64,000 nt of DNA from the human T2T-CHM13v2.0 reference genome, Homo sapiens. The translations under genes were made by a program, and so were the position numbers. Every line of letters begins with the position of its first letter. Position 1 is the stretch's first letter. Positions 24,962-42,235 of the stretch are shown here, one piece after another. The notes beneath the pieces are model-generated. The model had not been told where the DNA came from, did not search any database, and was given only the letters and a program-made list of their open reading frames with translations. The DNA lies in the NCBI RefSeq assembly GCF_009914755.1, contig NC_060929.1. One strand, written 5' to 3'.

Positions 24962-26484
24962 AAACCATCCCCTCTTATTTCTATCCTAATAATTCAGATG
25001 TTAATGTTACATAAACATTAAATTTTCTTTTGTTTTCCATGTAAACATTCTTTTGATACTTCATGTTACTTAGCCAATTTATATACCACCTTTATATACT
25101 GACTTTTAGCAATTCCTATGAAATGAACATAAATCTTCGAAACAAGATATGATTTTGTTTTTCTGCTTTCATGGTTTGGTTTTCAGTGAGCAAAATGAAG
25201 TAGGTCCGAGAATGTCTCTGGATAAAATGGAGCAATAAAGCTGTTAATCATGTTTGTGGCAAACAGAAATGCAAAGCCTCTAAAATGACTGGAAGTCTTA
25301 CATCTGAATGAGCATAAAGATGAAGTAGATAGAGGTGCATAAAATATTCTAGGGGCTTTTTACTATTATCTTCATTAGGGTTCCAGCTTAATGCATGCTT
25401 TATTGCCCAGAAATTCATTTCATTTGCATTTTAACTGGGTTTTAGTCAAGTTAATCCTTTTTCTTCCCTTGCTAAGAAACTATTTTGCTACTACAGCAAA
25501 ATACTGAAAGGAGACAGAAATTGAAAGTCTACTTATACTAAAATGTAAATTTGTCATAGTTTACTAAAGAGAAGAGACCACTATACCAAGTTCACTAGAT
25601 CATATTATTTTTGACACCAAAAATTGTCTTGTGTATTAAACAGTAAGCTCTATTAGATGACAAGGAATTTGAATCATTTATGCTAAAGATTTAATATCAA
25701 GGAAGATTCAGTAAAAATCAACATCTCATTTTTACAAGAGTGAAAGTGATAAAGCAACCACGTATTTAGAAGTATCCAATTAATTTTCACAACAAACTCT
25801 AACATCTAATACCATGCATCATTTAAACACGGCCAATAAAAGAGCAATTTAAGTTGTATTTTGAAAAGGCATTCAGTTCAGTAGTATATTGGCCTAATAA
25901 AAAGGCAAAATATCTTTTAATTGAAAAAAGTAGGTTCATGGCCTAAATCTTAATAATTTTAGGTTCACATGGAAACAAAATAGTTTTGTTTATGAGATAG
26001 CTTGTTAAAAAAACAAAGTGCTGATAGCTCCTTATTAAAATGGCCCCTTCAGGTAAACAGACATCTTAGAAAATCCCAAAGGAAAAGATGAGAATAAAAA
26101 CAGGCCGATAACCTGGGGACAATAGACAACAGGAAGCTTTCTTTGTTATTTATTTTGAAATATTTAAAATATATATTTATAAGATAAAAGATAGTATTTA
26201 AGCTTACCCATACTGTGTTTATTAAGATCTCTAAGCCTTCTTTCAATATTATTTTAAAATCTGTGCTATTTCTTAAGTAGATATAAAAAAATTGTTTCTC
26301 CCTCACTAAAACTTGAGAGATAAACTGCTCTTAACTTAAACCATCATTTCAAGTTTAGGATGGCTTTCTATGATGTTTGTGGACAGCAGATGGTCTGCTG
26401 GAAGTGTGTTGCTTTTAATTACTATCTTCTTTTAAAAAGCATGTGAGCTGTCAATTATTTCAACGGTTTACCAATAAAAGTGTT

Positions 26485-26798
<314 letters not shown>

Positions 26799-27325
26799 TA
26801 TATAGGAGAGAGAGTAGGGGTAACCCCACATTGTTTCAAACCTATAGTTTCCCTAAGGAAATTGAGAAAAAATGATTTGAAATGATTAATAGAAGCTAAA
26901 CAGAAAGCTGTTTTCACCTTTCTTCACTCCTGCTGATTAATACTAGATATAAAGTCCAGGATTTTAAATGAAAACAAAACAATCCACTGAGACTTTGATG
27001 ATCTTTATGACACAATTGACTTTCAGTACATTCCTGGTCATAAGATTAAAAAGAGTTCTTATTCTCAAGTCTAACTCTGTTTCTACTGAAGTTGATGGAA
27101 ACATCTGCTTTCTTGAATCGAAGTATCTCCAACTTAATTTATAAAAAATGATGTTCCATAAGTTAGTCATGGAATTTATAAAGATATTCATCTCCTTGTA
27201 CATTCTCAAGCTAATTATTACAACATTTTGATTGTTAGGATCTATATATTAGGAAAAAAATAAAACAAAATTCTGATTGAAAAATAGAAATATATTATTC
27301 TTACGTTAAGTTGATTGCATTTTAA

Positions 27326-29763
<2,438 letters not shown>

Positions 29764-30225
29764 TTATCAGGCAAAATATAATTCAAATGAAGTTTTAAGA
29801 AACATTATTACAAAAATGAATCATTATTATGATATCAGAAAGAACAATTAAATAATCTTCTAAAATTAAAGCATCAATATCAGTTTCTCAAGGAGAAGAC
29901 CTTATGCAAATTTGAAATCAATATAAATATTTCCAAGTCTTTTGGAAAAGGGTGAGCCTAGTAAGAATCCAGTGAAAATTCAGTGTCAAGCTGAGTTTGT
30001 CTTTATAATTGAGAAAAATAACCCATGAATTGCAAAATGGGTCAAATTATTGTATATCTTACTACTGGATAAAAAAAAAGTAAAACAAATATCTGATATG
30101 TCAGAGATGCCACCCACACATTTTAAAACGTATAATTCTTTAAAAATCTAAATTTATTTTATTTATTTTTTCTCTTCCTACATTAACATTTTCCTAACCA
30201 AACATTTGATACAACAATTTTATCA

Positions 30226-30531
30226 GGCTGGGCATTGTGGCTCACGACTGTAGTCCTAGCACTTTGGGAGGCCAAAGCTGGGGGATCATTTGATGTCAGG
30301 AGTTTGAGACCAGCCTGGCCAACATGGTGAGACCCCATCTCTACTCAAAATACAAAAATTAGCTGAGTGTGTTGGTATGTGCCTGTAGTCCCAGCTACTT
30401 AGGGGGCTAAGGCAGGAGAATTGCTGGAATCTGAGAGGCAGAGGTTGCAGTGAGCCGAGATTCTGCCACTGCACTCCAGCCTGGATGACAGAGCGAGACT
30501 GTGTCTCAAAATAAGTAAGTAAGTAAGTAAG

Positions 30532-30570
<39 letters not shown>
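30226..30570 (+). mobile_element. Alu SINE (AluS-like) with (TAAG)n(TAAA)n tail
   Basis: Full dimer; tail converted to tetranucleotide microsatellite at 30510-30570. Confidence 0.93.
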
Positions 30571-30734
30571 AGTATGTGATTTTTGAGCATTTTAATATTA
30601 ATTTTACAGCCGAATACACACAAAATGGAAGAAATTAAAATGACTGCCTGAATTTTCTCTGGGAAAAAAAATCTCTTCAACAAAAATATAAATAAATCTT
30701 CCAACAAAATCAAGAAAAATAAAATTTACATGGG

Positions 30735-31625
30735 TGGAGAAAGATGGCTGAATGGAGGAGCCTGACATTCCTACCCCCATATAAAGGATCAAAACAACAA
30801 TTAAACCAACACATTTGAATTGGAGTGTTTGAGAGTGATGGAGTACAGTGTTGGAACGATAAAATGCATAGAGGAAGGAGACCTTTAGGGAGGGTCTGAA
30901 GAAGAAAAGGAAACAGCCTGCCTCTGCCACATCTTATTCCCAGCCAGGTTCAACTCAGAGAAAGAAGGCACTTTCCCCAGGAGAGAAAAGGTAGGCAGGC
31001 AGGAGGCTCCCAGCAGCCCCGCCAACATTGCAAACACCTGCAGTCTTTGCTAATGGAGAACCCTGTAGTCCCCACAGGCACTGAGCTTAGTTTTGGGAGC
31101 TGCCTTGCACCCACACCTCTGCACTGTGCCAGAGAAGAAGCCCACACTGTGCCCCGCTCCTTACTCCATGACCCAAGCTGCACCTGTATGGTGTCATCTT
31201 GACACTGGAGTCACGGCTAAAGTGCATCCTGTTTCAGGAGCCAGTAGCCACTACATCTTTCCATTCCTGAGTCCATGCTACATTGACACCACATTCACGC
31301 ATCATAGTGCACTCACTGAGCTGCCACAGCTTCCTATACCTAGAGAACAAGCTGTCTTGGAGGCGCTATGCCTTCCATATCCTAGAAACTGCAGACCCTA
31401 GCCTCTGGGATCATCGGTCCAGCAACCTGACGCTGGAGCCTGTGTTGACCCTGCCCCCAAGAATAAGCAGTCCTGCCCAGAGAAGTTGTGTCCAGAATGG
31501 GTGCATGCTCACTAGCCAGATATGTTACCCCCAAATCATTACGCTTATTTGATCATTACACAATGAATACACATATGGAAATGCACTTTATACCTTTATA
31601 CAATTGTTTCAATTAAAGTTTTACA
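30735..31625 (+). mobile_element. Old L1M relic: 5'UTR-like segment joined to a 3'-end-like segment
   Basis: aagatggctgaatggagg start and GC-richer 5'UTR-like body to ~31500, then ttgatcattacacaatgaatacacatatggaaat...caattaaa resembling an L1MA 3' end. Confidence 0.55.
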
Positions 31626-32499
31626 AAGGACAAATATGTGCTTTGGATTACTTAAATAAATTTAACATTTATATTATAGTCAGGAAAAAAAAAGAGAAAT
31701 AAAAACAAAATAATTTTAGAACCGAGATTTTTTTCCCATAAGAAATCTCATGGAATCTAAATAGCACCTCAAATTCTTGATATGAGATACTATAAAGGTA
31801 TTAGACATAAGAATAGAAGTTTCTTATTATATGTTCCTTAATGGGATAAAACATATTAATTATCTTTCTATTTTATGTTCAGAGAGAGTGAGGGACCAGT
31901 GATGCTGGTCAGGAAATGTGAAACATGGCAAGCAATTTTGCATAGATATCGTCATGGCATTCATAGTTAATGCCTAAAACTGAGAATTTGCAAGGCTGCT
32001 GATTGTTAGCAGCTTTTACAACGCTTTTGTGATGGGAGTGTTGTGAGAATACTGTACTGCAGAGTGAAAAGACAGTTGCCTCACACAAATTCTAAATCTA
32101 GTTTGTCACTGCCTCATTATATGCCTAATTCTGCTCCATTCCTATAGAACACATGGTGGGAAATACAGTATAGAAATATGGGTTCTGAAGAAAATAAACG
32201 TAAGATACTTTGACATCTAGATAGTATATAATGCAATCACATGTGATTGTATGATTTTTTAATAGAAATAAGATAATCTTTAAACTTAGTGACTAAGAAT
32301 TCAATGCATATGTAAAATTACCTAAATTCCCATCAGAGTGTAGTATAGTCCCTGGCAGGATTGACTCAACATTTTATGATTATATGAAATAAAATGCAAA
32401 ATCATGAGAGCCAAAAAAACCCCAATAGTTAAAACAGAATCAATTTCTTAATGCCAATAAGACTTCATTTAGGAAATTATCTCAGTTTCCCATCTATTA

Positions 32500-32870
32500 G
32501 TGTAGCAGATATTTCTAGTACTCAATTTTCTGTGCACCTGGATAGACTACATTTCTCAGCCCTCTTGGACTCTTGGAGTTAGTGGAACATATGTCCAGTA
32601 TTCACCATTGGCTCGTAAGCAGAAGTGATCTGTGCCATTTGCAGCGCAAGGTATTTAACAGAAAAGTGTGAATTATCTATGCTGTCTATTCCTCATTAGT
32701 GGTGTCCAAGAATGCATATTTGAAATGGAGGAAGAACAAGGTAGAAGCAGCTGAACCATGGATGCATACATGGAAGGTGCCTGCCTAGAATGTTGCCAAA
32801 CTCAGAAATACCCCTTTGCTGAATTGAGACACTGATATATCTTTTTGCAATATAACCTAGTCTACTTTGG
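32500..32870 (+). mobile_element. Old MLT1-like LTR
   Basis: tagactacatttctcagccctc..., agcagaagtgatctgtgccattt, gaaatacccctttgct, gcaatataacctagtct. Confidence 0.55.
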
Positions 32871-34031
32871 TTAATCAAATGGATCAATTCCAAAAGATTT
32901 ACTGCAGTCTCACAATTGTCTTGCACACTCTTGGGCCCCCATTGCACTGAGATTTAATATACTGCAACAAGTATTAATTTTGTTACTAAAATGATATTGT
33001 GCAAAGCATAACCATCACAAAGGGCATTCTTTATAAAGGACAATGCTTATGATGGAACATCCAGAACAAATTATAGTGATGACACAAGGTTGTTTTCAGG
33101 TCTGTTGCCATCCCAGTACTTACTGAGCTATAATGTCTTCCAAAACCTTGAAGAGCATATCCTTCTCCATTCTTACATCTATTACAATGGTTTCTGATCA
33201 GTCATCATGAAAAACATCTACAATAGCAGCAGACTAATATGATGATTTTAGTGATCCACAGTATAAAAATGCCATGGAATGTTCAATAGATAAACTGTCT
33301 AAAGGATCTGTCTGTTACAGGTTTTGAATCCATCAGTCTCTTCTCTGTGTTATTTGCTCAGCTCTTGAAATATTGTCAGCCATTACTTGTAGCATATCTG
33401 GCTTCATAGTCAGGAGCACTTCCATTCCTCGCCCTCATTGTTCAGTCTGTAAAGCACAGGGACCCTGATTTTTAGCCATTAGTAGAAAAGCACACACTTG
33501 ACAGTAACAAGTATGCCTCCAGCGAGGCTATTTTCTCTCTGAAAAATCAAAAAGTTTGATATATAATTTAAAAGACTAAATTGTGGAAATATTTGGTGGT
33601 GAGACCATTTCCAAATTTCCTGAGTAATATATGCAGAGATTCTGCACAAGAAGAGCTGTCACTGAAGAAATGTGCCTCTTTTACAGGAAAATTAAGAAAA
33701 AGTTGGACTTGAACATTATTGCTATGTTTTGATTTTTTGAAGAGAGAATGCTCCTTTAAAAAAAGACTCAAGAGAAAGAAAAAGAAAGAGAGTTTTAGAA
33801 AAAAAAATTGTCATCATCATTTGTCCTCAGCTATGGGAAAATAAAACCAAAAGATAATCAGATGAGCCTTGTAACCAGATCTGGGGCCACCTGATGAGCC
33901 CTTAACCAGATTTTTCAGGATAAAACGTAAGGCTCATCTCAGCTAGTAAGTGTTCCTTGCCCATTTGGCATGAAAACAATCCTTGCTTTCAAAACAGAAA
34001 TTTCCATCCTTAGAATAAAAAGCACATTTTT

Positions 34032-34331
<300 letters not shown>

Positions 34332-35309
34332 AGCACATTTGTTTATTCTCCCAATAGGAAGGAGAATAAAGAGATGTCATAACTCTGTGACCTTGCTGTA
34401 AACTTAGCAGCCAGCACTGCTCCGTGAAGATGGGAAGGCAGTCAACGAAATTGAAATATAGGCTACTAGCATGAACCTATTTGTAGGTAAGTTCTTATCT
34501 TGTGACTCAATTGATGATATGAGACAATCAATCATTGCTGGACAAAGCAAACATGGTGTTCTAAATAGGGTACCTGTTGCAATTATTCATGTGTTAGGAT
34601 GTGTTTCTTCTGTTTAGGTTAAACCATCTAACTACTGGGTAGGAGCTTGGGAAACGGTCTAGTTTCAAAAGAATGCCCTGGCAAAGATCAGACAGGGTAC
34701 CAAAAATGGTTGAACTGAAGTGGATGGCTTTAATTTTCACAGAAAGTGAATGAGTTAGAAAATTAAGCAAAACTTTGATAAGAAGGAAGATATAAAACAT
34801 TAATCTAACAACATTGGATATATAGATCTTTGAAATCATAATTTAAATCCAAACATTCCACAACTGTAGACAAAATCCTTAAAGTATTCCTCAGAATTAA
34901 TTCAAGATTAATTCTGGGTAGGTAAGTATTGAGTATGTAATGAAAAGACTTTAATACTTGGAACAATCAATGAATCAATGATTCAATCAAACAAGGCTTT
35001 AAAAAATCTAGGTCATAGAAACTAATGTGTGAAGTAGACATGACTATTTAAGCAAAGCACATCCCAGAACCTTGGATAACATGACATTTCTAACTAAAAT
35101 ATACTAGAGAAGCTTTGGGTTTTTAAAAATAGCACAGTGGAATTCAGGTAAATTTTCTCAACTTCAAAGCTATGCCAGGAAACTAGTGAGAGAAACCCAC
35201 AAAGCTAGACTTATGCTATGACTCAGCTTTCATTGTATTCATGATTTGATTATTAATAATAGTTTTTTAATATCATGGTTTATTCTAAAATAGATTTTAA
35301 GGTGACTTG

Positions 35310-36451
35310 TTAAAACATATAAAAGAAAACGGCTTATCTTAAATCTAGGAGCAGATAAGGGTTAGAACACATCAGCCTACAAAATTTTAGGTATACATCT
35401 AGGCACAGTCAGTAGGTGAATGTTTTGTGTCTTAGCTCTAGGCTTTCTGGCAAGCATATCAGAAATTTTATAATTCATGCAATTCACCATATTTATAAGA
35501 TGAAAATAAAACTATCTGCCCTGTAGCATTATACTTTTTAAAACTAGGAGTCAGAAGGAATTTCTCACAAGAATCTTCAAGCAGACATGAATAATGTAAG
35601 AAAAATTGTGCTCAAAAGACTTGATAAGAAATGAGTTGATGAATATTAAATCTGAAGTGTCTTTATTCTGTAGAGGACTATTGTTAATAATAAGAAGTGA
35701 TAAAATTCAAACAAAATTGGTATGACCTCAAACAAGTAGAGTGCATTTGATTCTGTCCTGTCCTCTCTTTTTCACCTGAAGATCTGACATTAGTTCTTAG
35801 GGATAATTAAAAGGTGGAAGATTAAACTTTCCTAATTCTCTTGTTTGAGCCCCAAACAATGGGTTTCCTCTGATTGAAAATCCTTAGCTTTATTGACAGT
35901 TAAAATATATGTAACTGAAATCTTTAAAGAACAATGACAAATGCTAACCTTAGTTGGTATTGTATTATATTACAAAATCATAAAGAGTGTTTGGGCAATG
36001 ATGCAAATTGCATGGTTTTAAAGCTTTTGCACTGCTTGGAGAATTATTTATAAAAATATATACAAAAATCTCATTTTTCAAAGTTAAAAAAATCTTGAGC
36101 ATATGGATACATCACTGTGGCCCACGCTGTGTCCTTTCGAATGGAAATCTGGTTTACACAAGTCAACACTATGAAATCAATAAACACCAAGTAGCCTTTG
36201 CCTCCTCTATTTCCCCAGGAATCCATGAGGCCACAGCTTTTGCAAAGACTACCTCTGACTCTTCTAATGGTGAATGTTTCACAGGATTCTCTCCTAGCAT
36301 ATCTCTCTTAAAACATATAAAAGAAAATTGATTATCTGAAATCTAAAAGCAGAAGATAGGCAAATAAGGGTTAGGACAGATCAGACTACAAAATGTTATG
36401 TATAGATCTAGGCACATTCAGTAGGTCAAGGATTTGTATCTTAGCTTTAGG
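35310..36451 (+). repeat. Dispersed direct duplication of ~135 bp (35310-35442 and 36308-36451)
   Basis: ttaaaacatataaaagaaaa..ttatct..aatcta..ataagggttag..ctacaaaat..atctaggcaca.tcagtaggt..tcttagct.tagg is shared; roughly 85% identity by eye with one ~11-bp indel. Confidence 0.9.
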
Positions 36452-36639
36452 TAAGCTAAGCTCTAGATAACCTATCAATGATACCCTTAACACTAGTTGA
36501 GGATCTTCTTAACTAGTGATACCCTTAACACTAGTTAAGGGTATTATTGATTCCACAGACTTTTTGCAAAATTGACTTCAAAATTGACTCCAAAATTTAC
36601 TTAAGCTTCCCTAACCATCACCGGAAATTTATGTTTTCT

Positions 36640-36737
36640 TAGAAAGAAAAACAAAAGGAAGAAAGATGAAGGAAAGAAAGAAAGAGAGAGAGAGAAAGGA
36701 AGGAAGGAAGGAAGGAAGAGAAGGAAGGAAGGAAGCA

Positions 36738-36785
<48 letters not shown>

Positions 36786-36793
36786 AAAAAAAA
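36640..36793. repeat. Polypurine microsatellite (GGAA)n/(GAAA)n/(GA)n
   Basis: Read directly. Confidence 0.95.
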
Positions 36794-38974
36794 ATATCAA
36801 AGAGTGACTGCTAAGCATTATGCTCAAGTAGATCATTAAGTCTCTTACGTCTCACCTGAGTCATCTGTCTTCTTTTACATTATTGCAAGAGATGGAACAT
36901 TAAAAACTTGCCAAGTTGAGAAGGCTCTATTCAAAAATTGTTCTAGGCTTTTGTGTAATGTGAGGCTAGAGAATAGAATTGACCTGTCTCAATGAACATA
37001 TAAATCCCAAACTGGGTATTCTAAATGCTAACTGTATCTACTCAAAATCTGGAAATAAAAACATTACTAACCTCTCACTAGAAAAGTCATGAAATTATAA
37101 GAAAAATACTCTGTTTCACTCCCCACACCAAAGTTGGGTCGGCTTCAAGGTTATGCAAATTGAGTGGCCCATTTTAATAAAAAAACTATAAAATAAAATA
37201 TGAAAGTGACTGTATGTTAGTATAAGAAAATAAATAACAATGTGTTATAAACTCACAAATTTACAAGCTACAAAATAGCATGTTTTTATTAATTAACCCC
37301 AAAATAATTTTTGGCATTTGGCTATATATTCTGATCATGTTCTAATATAAAATATTTTATGTGTTTTTTAAAAAGAGAAAAAATTTTCAGTCTTTCCTCT
37401 AGTATAGTTGATATATTCTTATTACTATTACTAATGGTTTAGAAAAGTATTTTTGAAAATCAATGAATTTTTAATGTCATATAACTTTTTAGAAATGTTT
37501 TCAAATGTGAGGAAAATTCTATCAAATATTTTTGATATATGAACTATAAGATTTCAGGTCATTTCAAAATTTTTTCTTCAGTGACTGATCTTAAGTATTA
37601 ACTATGGTGTCTTTAATATATTTATGGAAATAGCACTTTATTTATTTTATGTTTACTTCATTGGTATTATATTTCAAATGAACAAGAAATGTCCATTTTC
37701 AAGATATGTACTTATGATTTTTTCCTTAAATGGATTAGCAAGAGCTAAGACCTTATACATGAATTCTTCTTAAAACTTACCTCTTTCTCTTAATGCATTA
37801 CTACATTTAATATTACCTGAAAATGTTGGCTACAATTTGCTTCTTAATATTAAAATGTTTCTCTTGATTTAATAACATATTTATTACTATTTCCTCACTT
37901 TCCACTTATTTTTTAATCTAAATTTTTTTCTCAGTTCTTCAATAAGCAAATATTTACCCAACAAAAAGGAAAACCTCCGTAAGTTTCCAAATCAGGCATC
38001 TATTATTTCCCATGTGTTTCATTAAAACATTCTGAAATGTCTTTCAAATTGCAATTGAATGACATTTTTGAGCCACATAAACTTTTTGGATAAAATTTAG
38101 CATTTTATTTGTGTTTAGATTCCACTTCTGAGATTTTGAAAACATGTTTTAGAATGCTTAAAACGATTTTATACCCATATTGCAAAGTATGAACAGCTTT
38201 AAAAGTGGGCAGATGATCTCATTACACTTTAAAAAAAATCCAGATTGGCAGCTAGCTGAACTTGAAATAAGAATATATAAGAAACTGCAAGGTAGTAAAA
38301 TCTGACAAATTTAGGTAGTGTGGAGGTAGCCTTTTCCCTGATTAGATTCAGAGCTGTATAAGCACATATTATACAAATCCTTGGTGTCATGACTTTATGT
38401 GAGTCAGAAGTCCAGGCCATAGAAGAATTTCTGGAAGACATCACAACATCAGGAATATAGGCAACAACTTAAAAATATATAGATGTTACTCTGAACATGA
38501 ACATATTAAACTAAATTCTAATTAAATGTATCCCAAATCATCTTTCCATAGCTGGATCTCAGAAATAACTGTAGCCATTTCAAAATCACCCACAAGAGGG
38601 AAAGCATGCAAGCTAGAAGCGGCAGTCTTAAACAATTGTGGTTAAAATACTTTAAAGTTGCATGTTTTAATAAAATGTGACCACAATGCTAGGATCATTT
38701 AGCTTCATAATAAATCTGCTGCAGGAGGTGAGGGGTCAAGAAAAATAAGACATATAAAAATGAGAGAAATCTCATAAGCTCATAAGCAGGAGACTGAAAT
38801 TAATGTTGTCAAAAATGAATATATTTAAACAATATTTTGAGTTTTAATTAAAGATAATTAAAGTAACCCATGAATAGTCTCTAGATTTTTTTTTGTATTC
38901 TGAGAAATTTCTACTATGGTGTGTAAAATTATTCCACATTAGCCATAAGCCTAAATTTAGCAGCCATGAGTATG

Positions 38975-39548
38975 TGTATTAGAGTTCAATTGTTGTTCTG
39001 AATTAATTTTCTAAAACTGTGTAACAAATAACCACAAGACTTGGTGTCCTAAAGTAACACACATGTATTTTCCCACAGTTTATGTGAGTCAGGAATCCAG
39101 GCACAGCTTAGCTGGGTCCTTTGCTCAGGTTCACACATGGTTGCAATTATGTTTTCAGCTGGGCTGCACCCTCATCTGGAGGCTCACCTGGAAAATAATC
39201 TGTTTCCAGACTCACACAGCTTGCTGGCAAAATTTATTTTCTTGTCTCTGTATGGCTGTGGCTCTCAGTTCCTAAATGTCAACTGAGGTTCCTTGACACG
39301 TGGCCCTCCCCATAAGCTATTCATAGCCTACAGGATATTTCTTCAAGGCCAGCAGGAGACTCTCTCTATCTCTATTCTGCCACCACAGAGTCTTGTATAA
39401 TTAAGACTTAATTGTGGCATAATATCCCATCACTTTTGCCATATTGTATTGTTGGAAGGAGGTCAGATTTTCACCTACACTCAAGAGGAGAGGATTTTAC
39501 CAGGAGAAAGAAATGTCAGGGGTTGTCTTAGAACTCTCCCTGCTACAT
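38975..39548 (-). mobile_element. MLT1 (MaLR) LTR
   Basis: gtaacaaataaccaca...cacagtttatgtgagtcaggaatccaggcacagcttagctgggtcc...atcccatcacttttgccatatt. Confidence 0.75.
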
Positions 39549-41484
39549 TGTAGAAACTATTGATTCACAATGATTTCATACATTTTTAAAAATTGCCTAA
39601 TAGTTACAGGCATCATACAGCTACCTAGTGACATCAGGTAAAATCTAATTAAGTTTGAATGGGGAAAAAATCAAATTTAAGGAACATTTGACATCTGTTT
39701 GTAAAAATGGAGAATCTTCATGGGGAGAGAGAATCTGAAAAGCTCATCCCATATTTTCTTATTTTGATTGTAATAAAAAAGCTTATTTGTACTTATTGAT
39801 TTTACTTTTATAGGACATACATAAGTGTGTAATGTTCAATCTGAGCAACTTGACCAGGGTAAGTTAATATTTGAAGGAAAAATATTATTGATTCTTTTAC
39901 CAAGAGAGAGAACCTGCAAATAAATATTAAGTTCAAGGGTCTGTAATACTACATTACCATGTTCCGTGAAGGAATCAAAATCTAATGAGAAAATAGAGTT
40001 TCTATGTTTGTATTTTTTTCTACATAATAAATGCAAAGAGTCATGTGGAAACAAAGCTAACTGAACAAGTAATTATTCTCATGTGTCCTGGAGTTTTGCA
40101 AGAGGAGGCAGTATTTAGACTGAATTGTTAGAATTGGACAAAATGGAGAAAAGGGTGACGGGGAGTACCATAGAAAAAGGAATCGGTGTGTGCAAAAGCG
40201 GGTAGGTTGAAAGACAATATTTAACTTGAGTAATACTGAAGATAGGTTTGTGTTTAAGATTCAGAGGAGAAGTGTGATAGATTTGTTAAACTAGATTAGG
40301 GGCAGTTCAAGAAAAAGCATGCATTTCCAGTTATAGAGTAGGATTGCATTCTTCAGGCAATGGGGGTTTATTTTAAGTTGTGGTTGGATACTATCTATAT
40401 GCTAAAAAGGCAATTAATTGGCACAGGAAGAATATTTTAGGAGGTATGAATTTGCAATTAAGGAGAAAATAAAAAGCAATAGATATGTTTTTGTCTGGAG
40501 AAAGTTGATTAAACAAACAAAGAAAAAATTGCCATTGCCTGATATCAGAGGAATTCCTGGATGATATTAGATGATTTGGTGAATAAATGTAAATAGCTTA
40601 AAAGCAGACAGTGAAGTTATAACCAGGAAGATTGAAAGGGAAGGGAGAAAAAGTTTCCTGCATGTAAAGGATACTGAACCTAATAAGTGTGTATTTGTTG
40701 CCATGCCTATGCATAGCCATGTCTAACAAATTGAGTACTGGAATTTCCATTAGTTACCATTAAGAATTTTAAGCCAAGTTCTCTTGGATTTCTGTGTTGC
40801 ATCTACATTGGTGGCCAGGAATAATATATGTAATGAGCTCAGTTCACAGATAAGAAGGGATTAAAAAAATTCAAAGTCAATTGGAATGAAGAGGAAGAAT
40901 AGGTGTGAATAATATTTAGCTGAAAGATAATTGCTTGACTGTGAGGAGAAAAAGGGAAGCATTGAAGATTTCCTTTGTTCTTTTGGTTTGAGCAAATGAG
41001 GGATGGTGATGTCACCAAGAGAGAGAGCTGTGATGTCAATAACAGAGACAGCTTGTACAAAAGAGGACAAGCAAATGTGGCAGACACTTGCTAATATTTA
41101 CAAGAATATATTTAAAAGTCTGGAATCAAAAGAGACAACTACCAGTTGGACATTGGTGGAAAAACTAGATACAATGTTATGGCTTAAAGTGGGCTTCTTA
41201 GAATTACAAGTAAGCTATTTTTCGCATTTTATTCAATTACTTGGAAAAAATACCTCTGTCAGGGTGAAAACATTATTTTGTAAAATAACTTGCACTGTTT
41301 TCACATTCTTATTGAGCAAAATGAGGAAAAATCAGTGGGAATAATTACATGCAAGTGGAAGAGAATATTGAACCATCTATGAAAACTCAGTTCAGTTTCT
41401 CAAGTTATGAACACAATTCTCTACGACAAATATTTTAACAAATAAATGCATCCTTTTAAATCTAAGTATGCTGGAGACTATATG

Positions 41485-42235
41485 ATATAGTCTGGTTTGG
41501 CTACCTATTTGTTGCATAACAAACCACCACGAAATTTAGTGTTTAAATCAGGGGATGGCAAACTCCAATTCGTGGGCCAAACCTTGCTTGCAGTTTGTTT
41601 ATGTACCACCATGTGTGAAGAGTGGCCTTTAGATTTTTAAAGGCTCGTTAAAACAAAACAAAACAAAAACAATAAAGAAATATACAACAGTGATCACATG
41701 TGGTCCACATAGAACCCTTTATAGAAATGTGTGCTGATCCCTGGCCTAAAATATTTACACTCATTTGTTTCATAATTTTGCAAATTAAGCAGGGCTTGCC
41801 AGGGATACTTCCTCACTGCCTCATATGGTTTTGGCTGGAGTAGGTAAAGCAGGGCTGGAAGGTCCAAAATGGCCTCAGTCACATGATTTGCAGTTGGTTG
41901 TTGATGTTGGCTTGGGAGCTCAGCTGAAGATGCCAGCTGGAAGGGCTGGTGACTGGGAATTTAATGGGAGTGAGCAGTTTCCAAGGGCTTGTATATCTGG
42001 ATTCCTCAGTTTCTATGGGCTTTCCAAACCTCTTCATGTTGCATAAAAAGAAGCATTTCAAGAGAGGTGAAAGCAGAAGATTCCTTAAGGCCTAGCCTTG
42101 GAATTTAAAGAGCATCACTTTGGATATGTTCTGCTGATTGAAGGCCATTAGATTACCAGGCAGCCTCAAAGGGAGGGGAAATACAACACACCTTTTATGG
42201 GAGAAATGGCAAATGCTTTTCCTTTTTAATTCAAC
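41485..42235 (-). mobile_element. MLT1 LTR interrupted by MER58
   Basis: ctatttgttgcataacaaaccaccacgaaatttagtg ... tcataattttgc ... gctggaaggtccaaaatggcctcagtcacatg ... gcttgggagctcagctg. Confidence 0.7.
41549..41743. mobile_element. MER58-type hAT MITE
   Basis: TIRs caggggatggcaaact ... tgtgctgatccctg; degenerate 8-bp TSD gtttaaat/gcctaaaa. Confidence 0.75.

Noticed and set aside
33118-33225. Possible minus-strand exon (tag acceptor, gtaagt donor)
   Set aside because: Splice-like motifs this short occur by chance; no ORF or partner exons can be shown.
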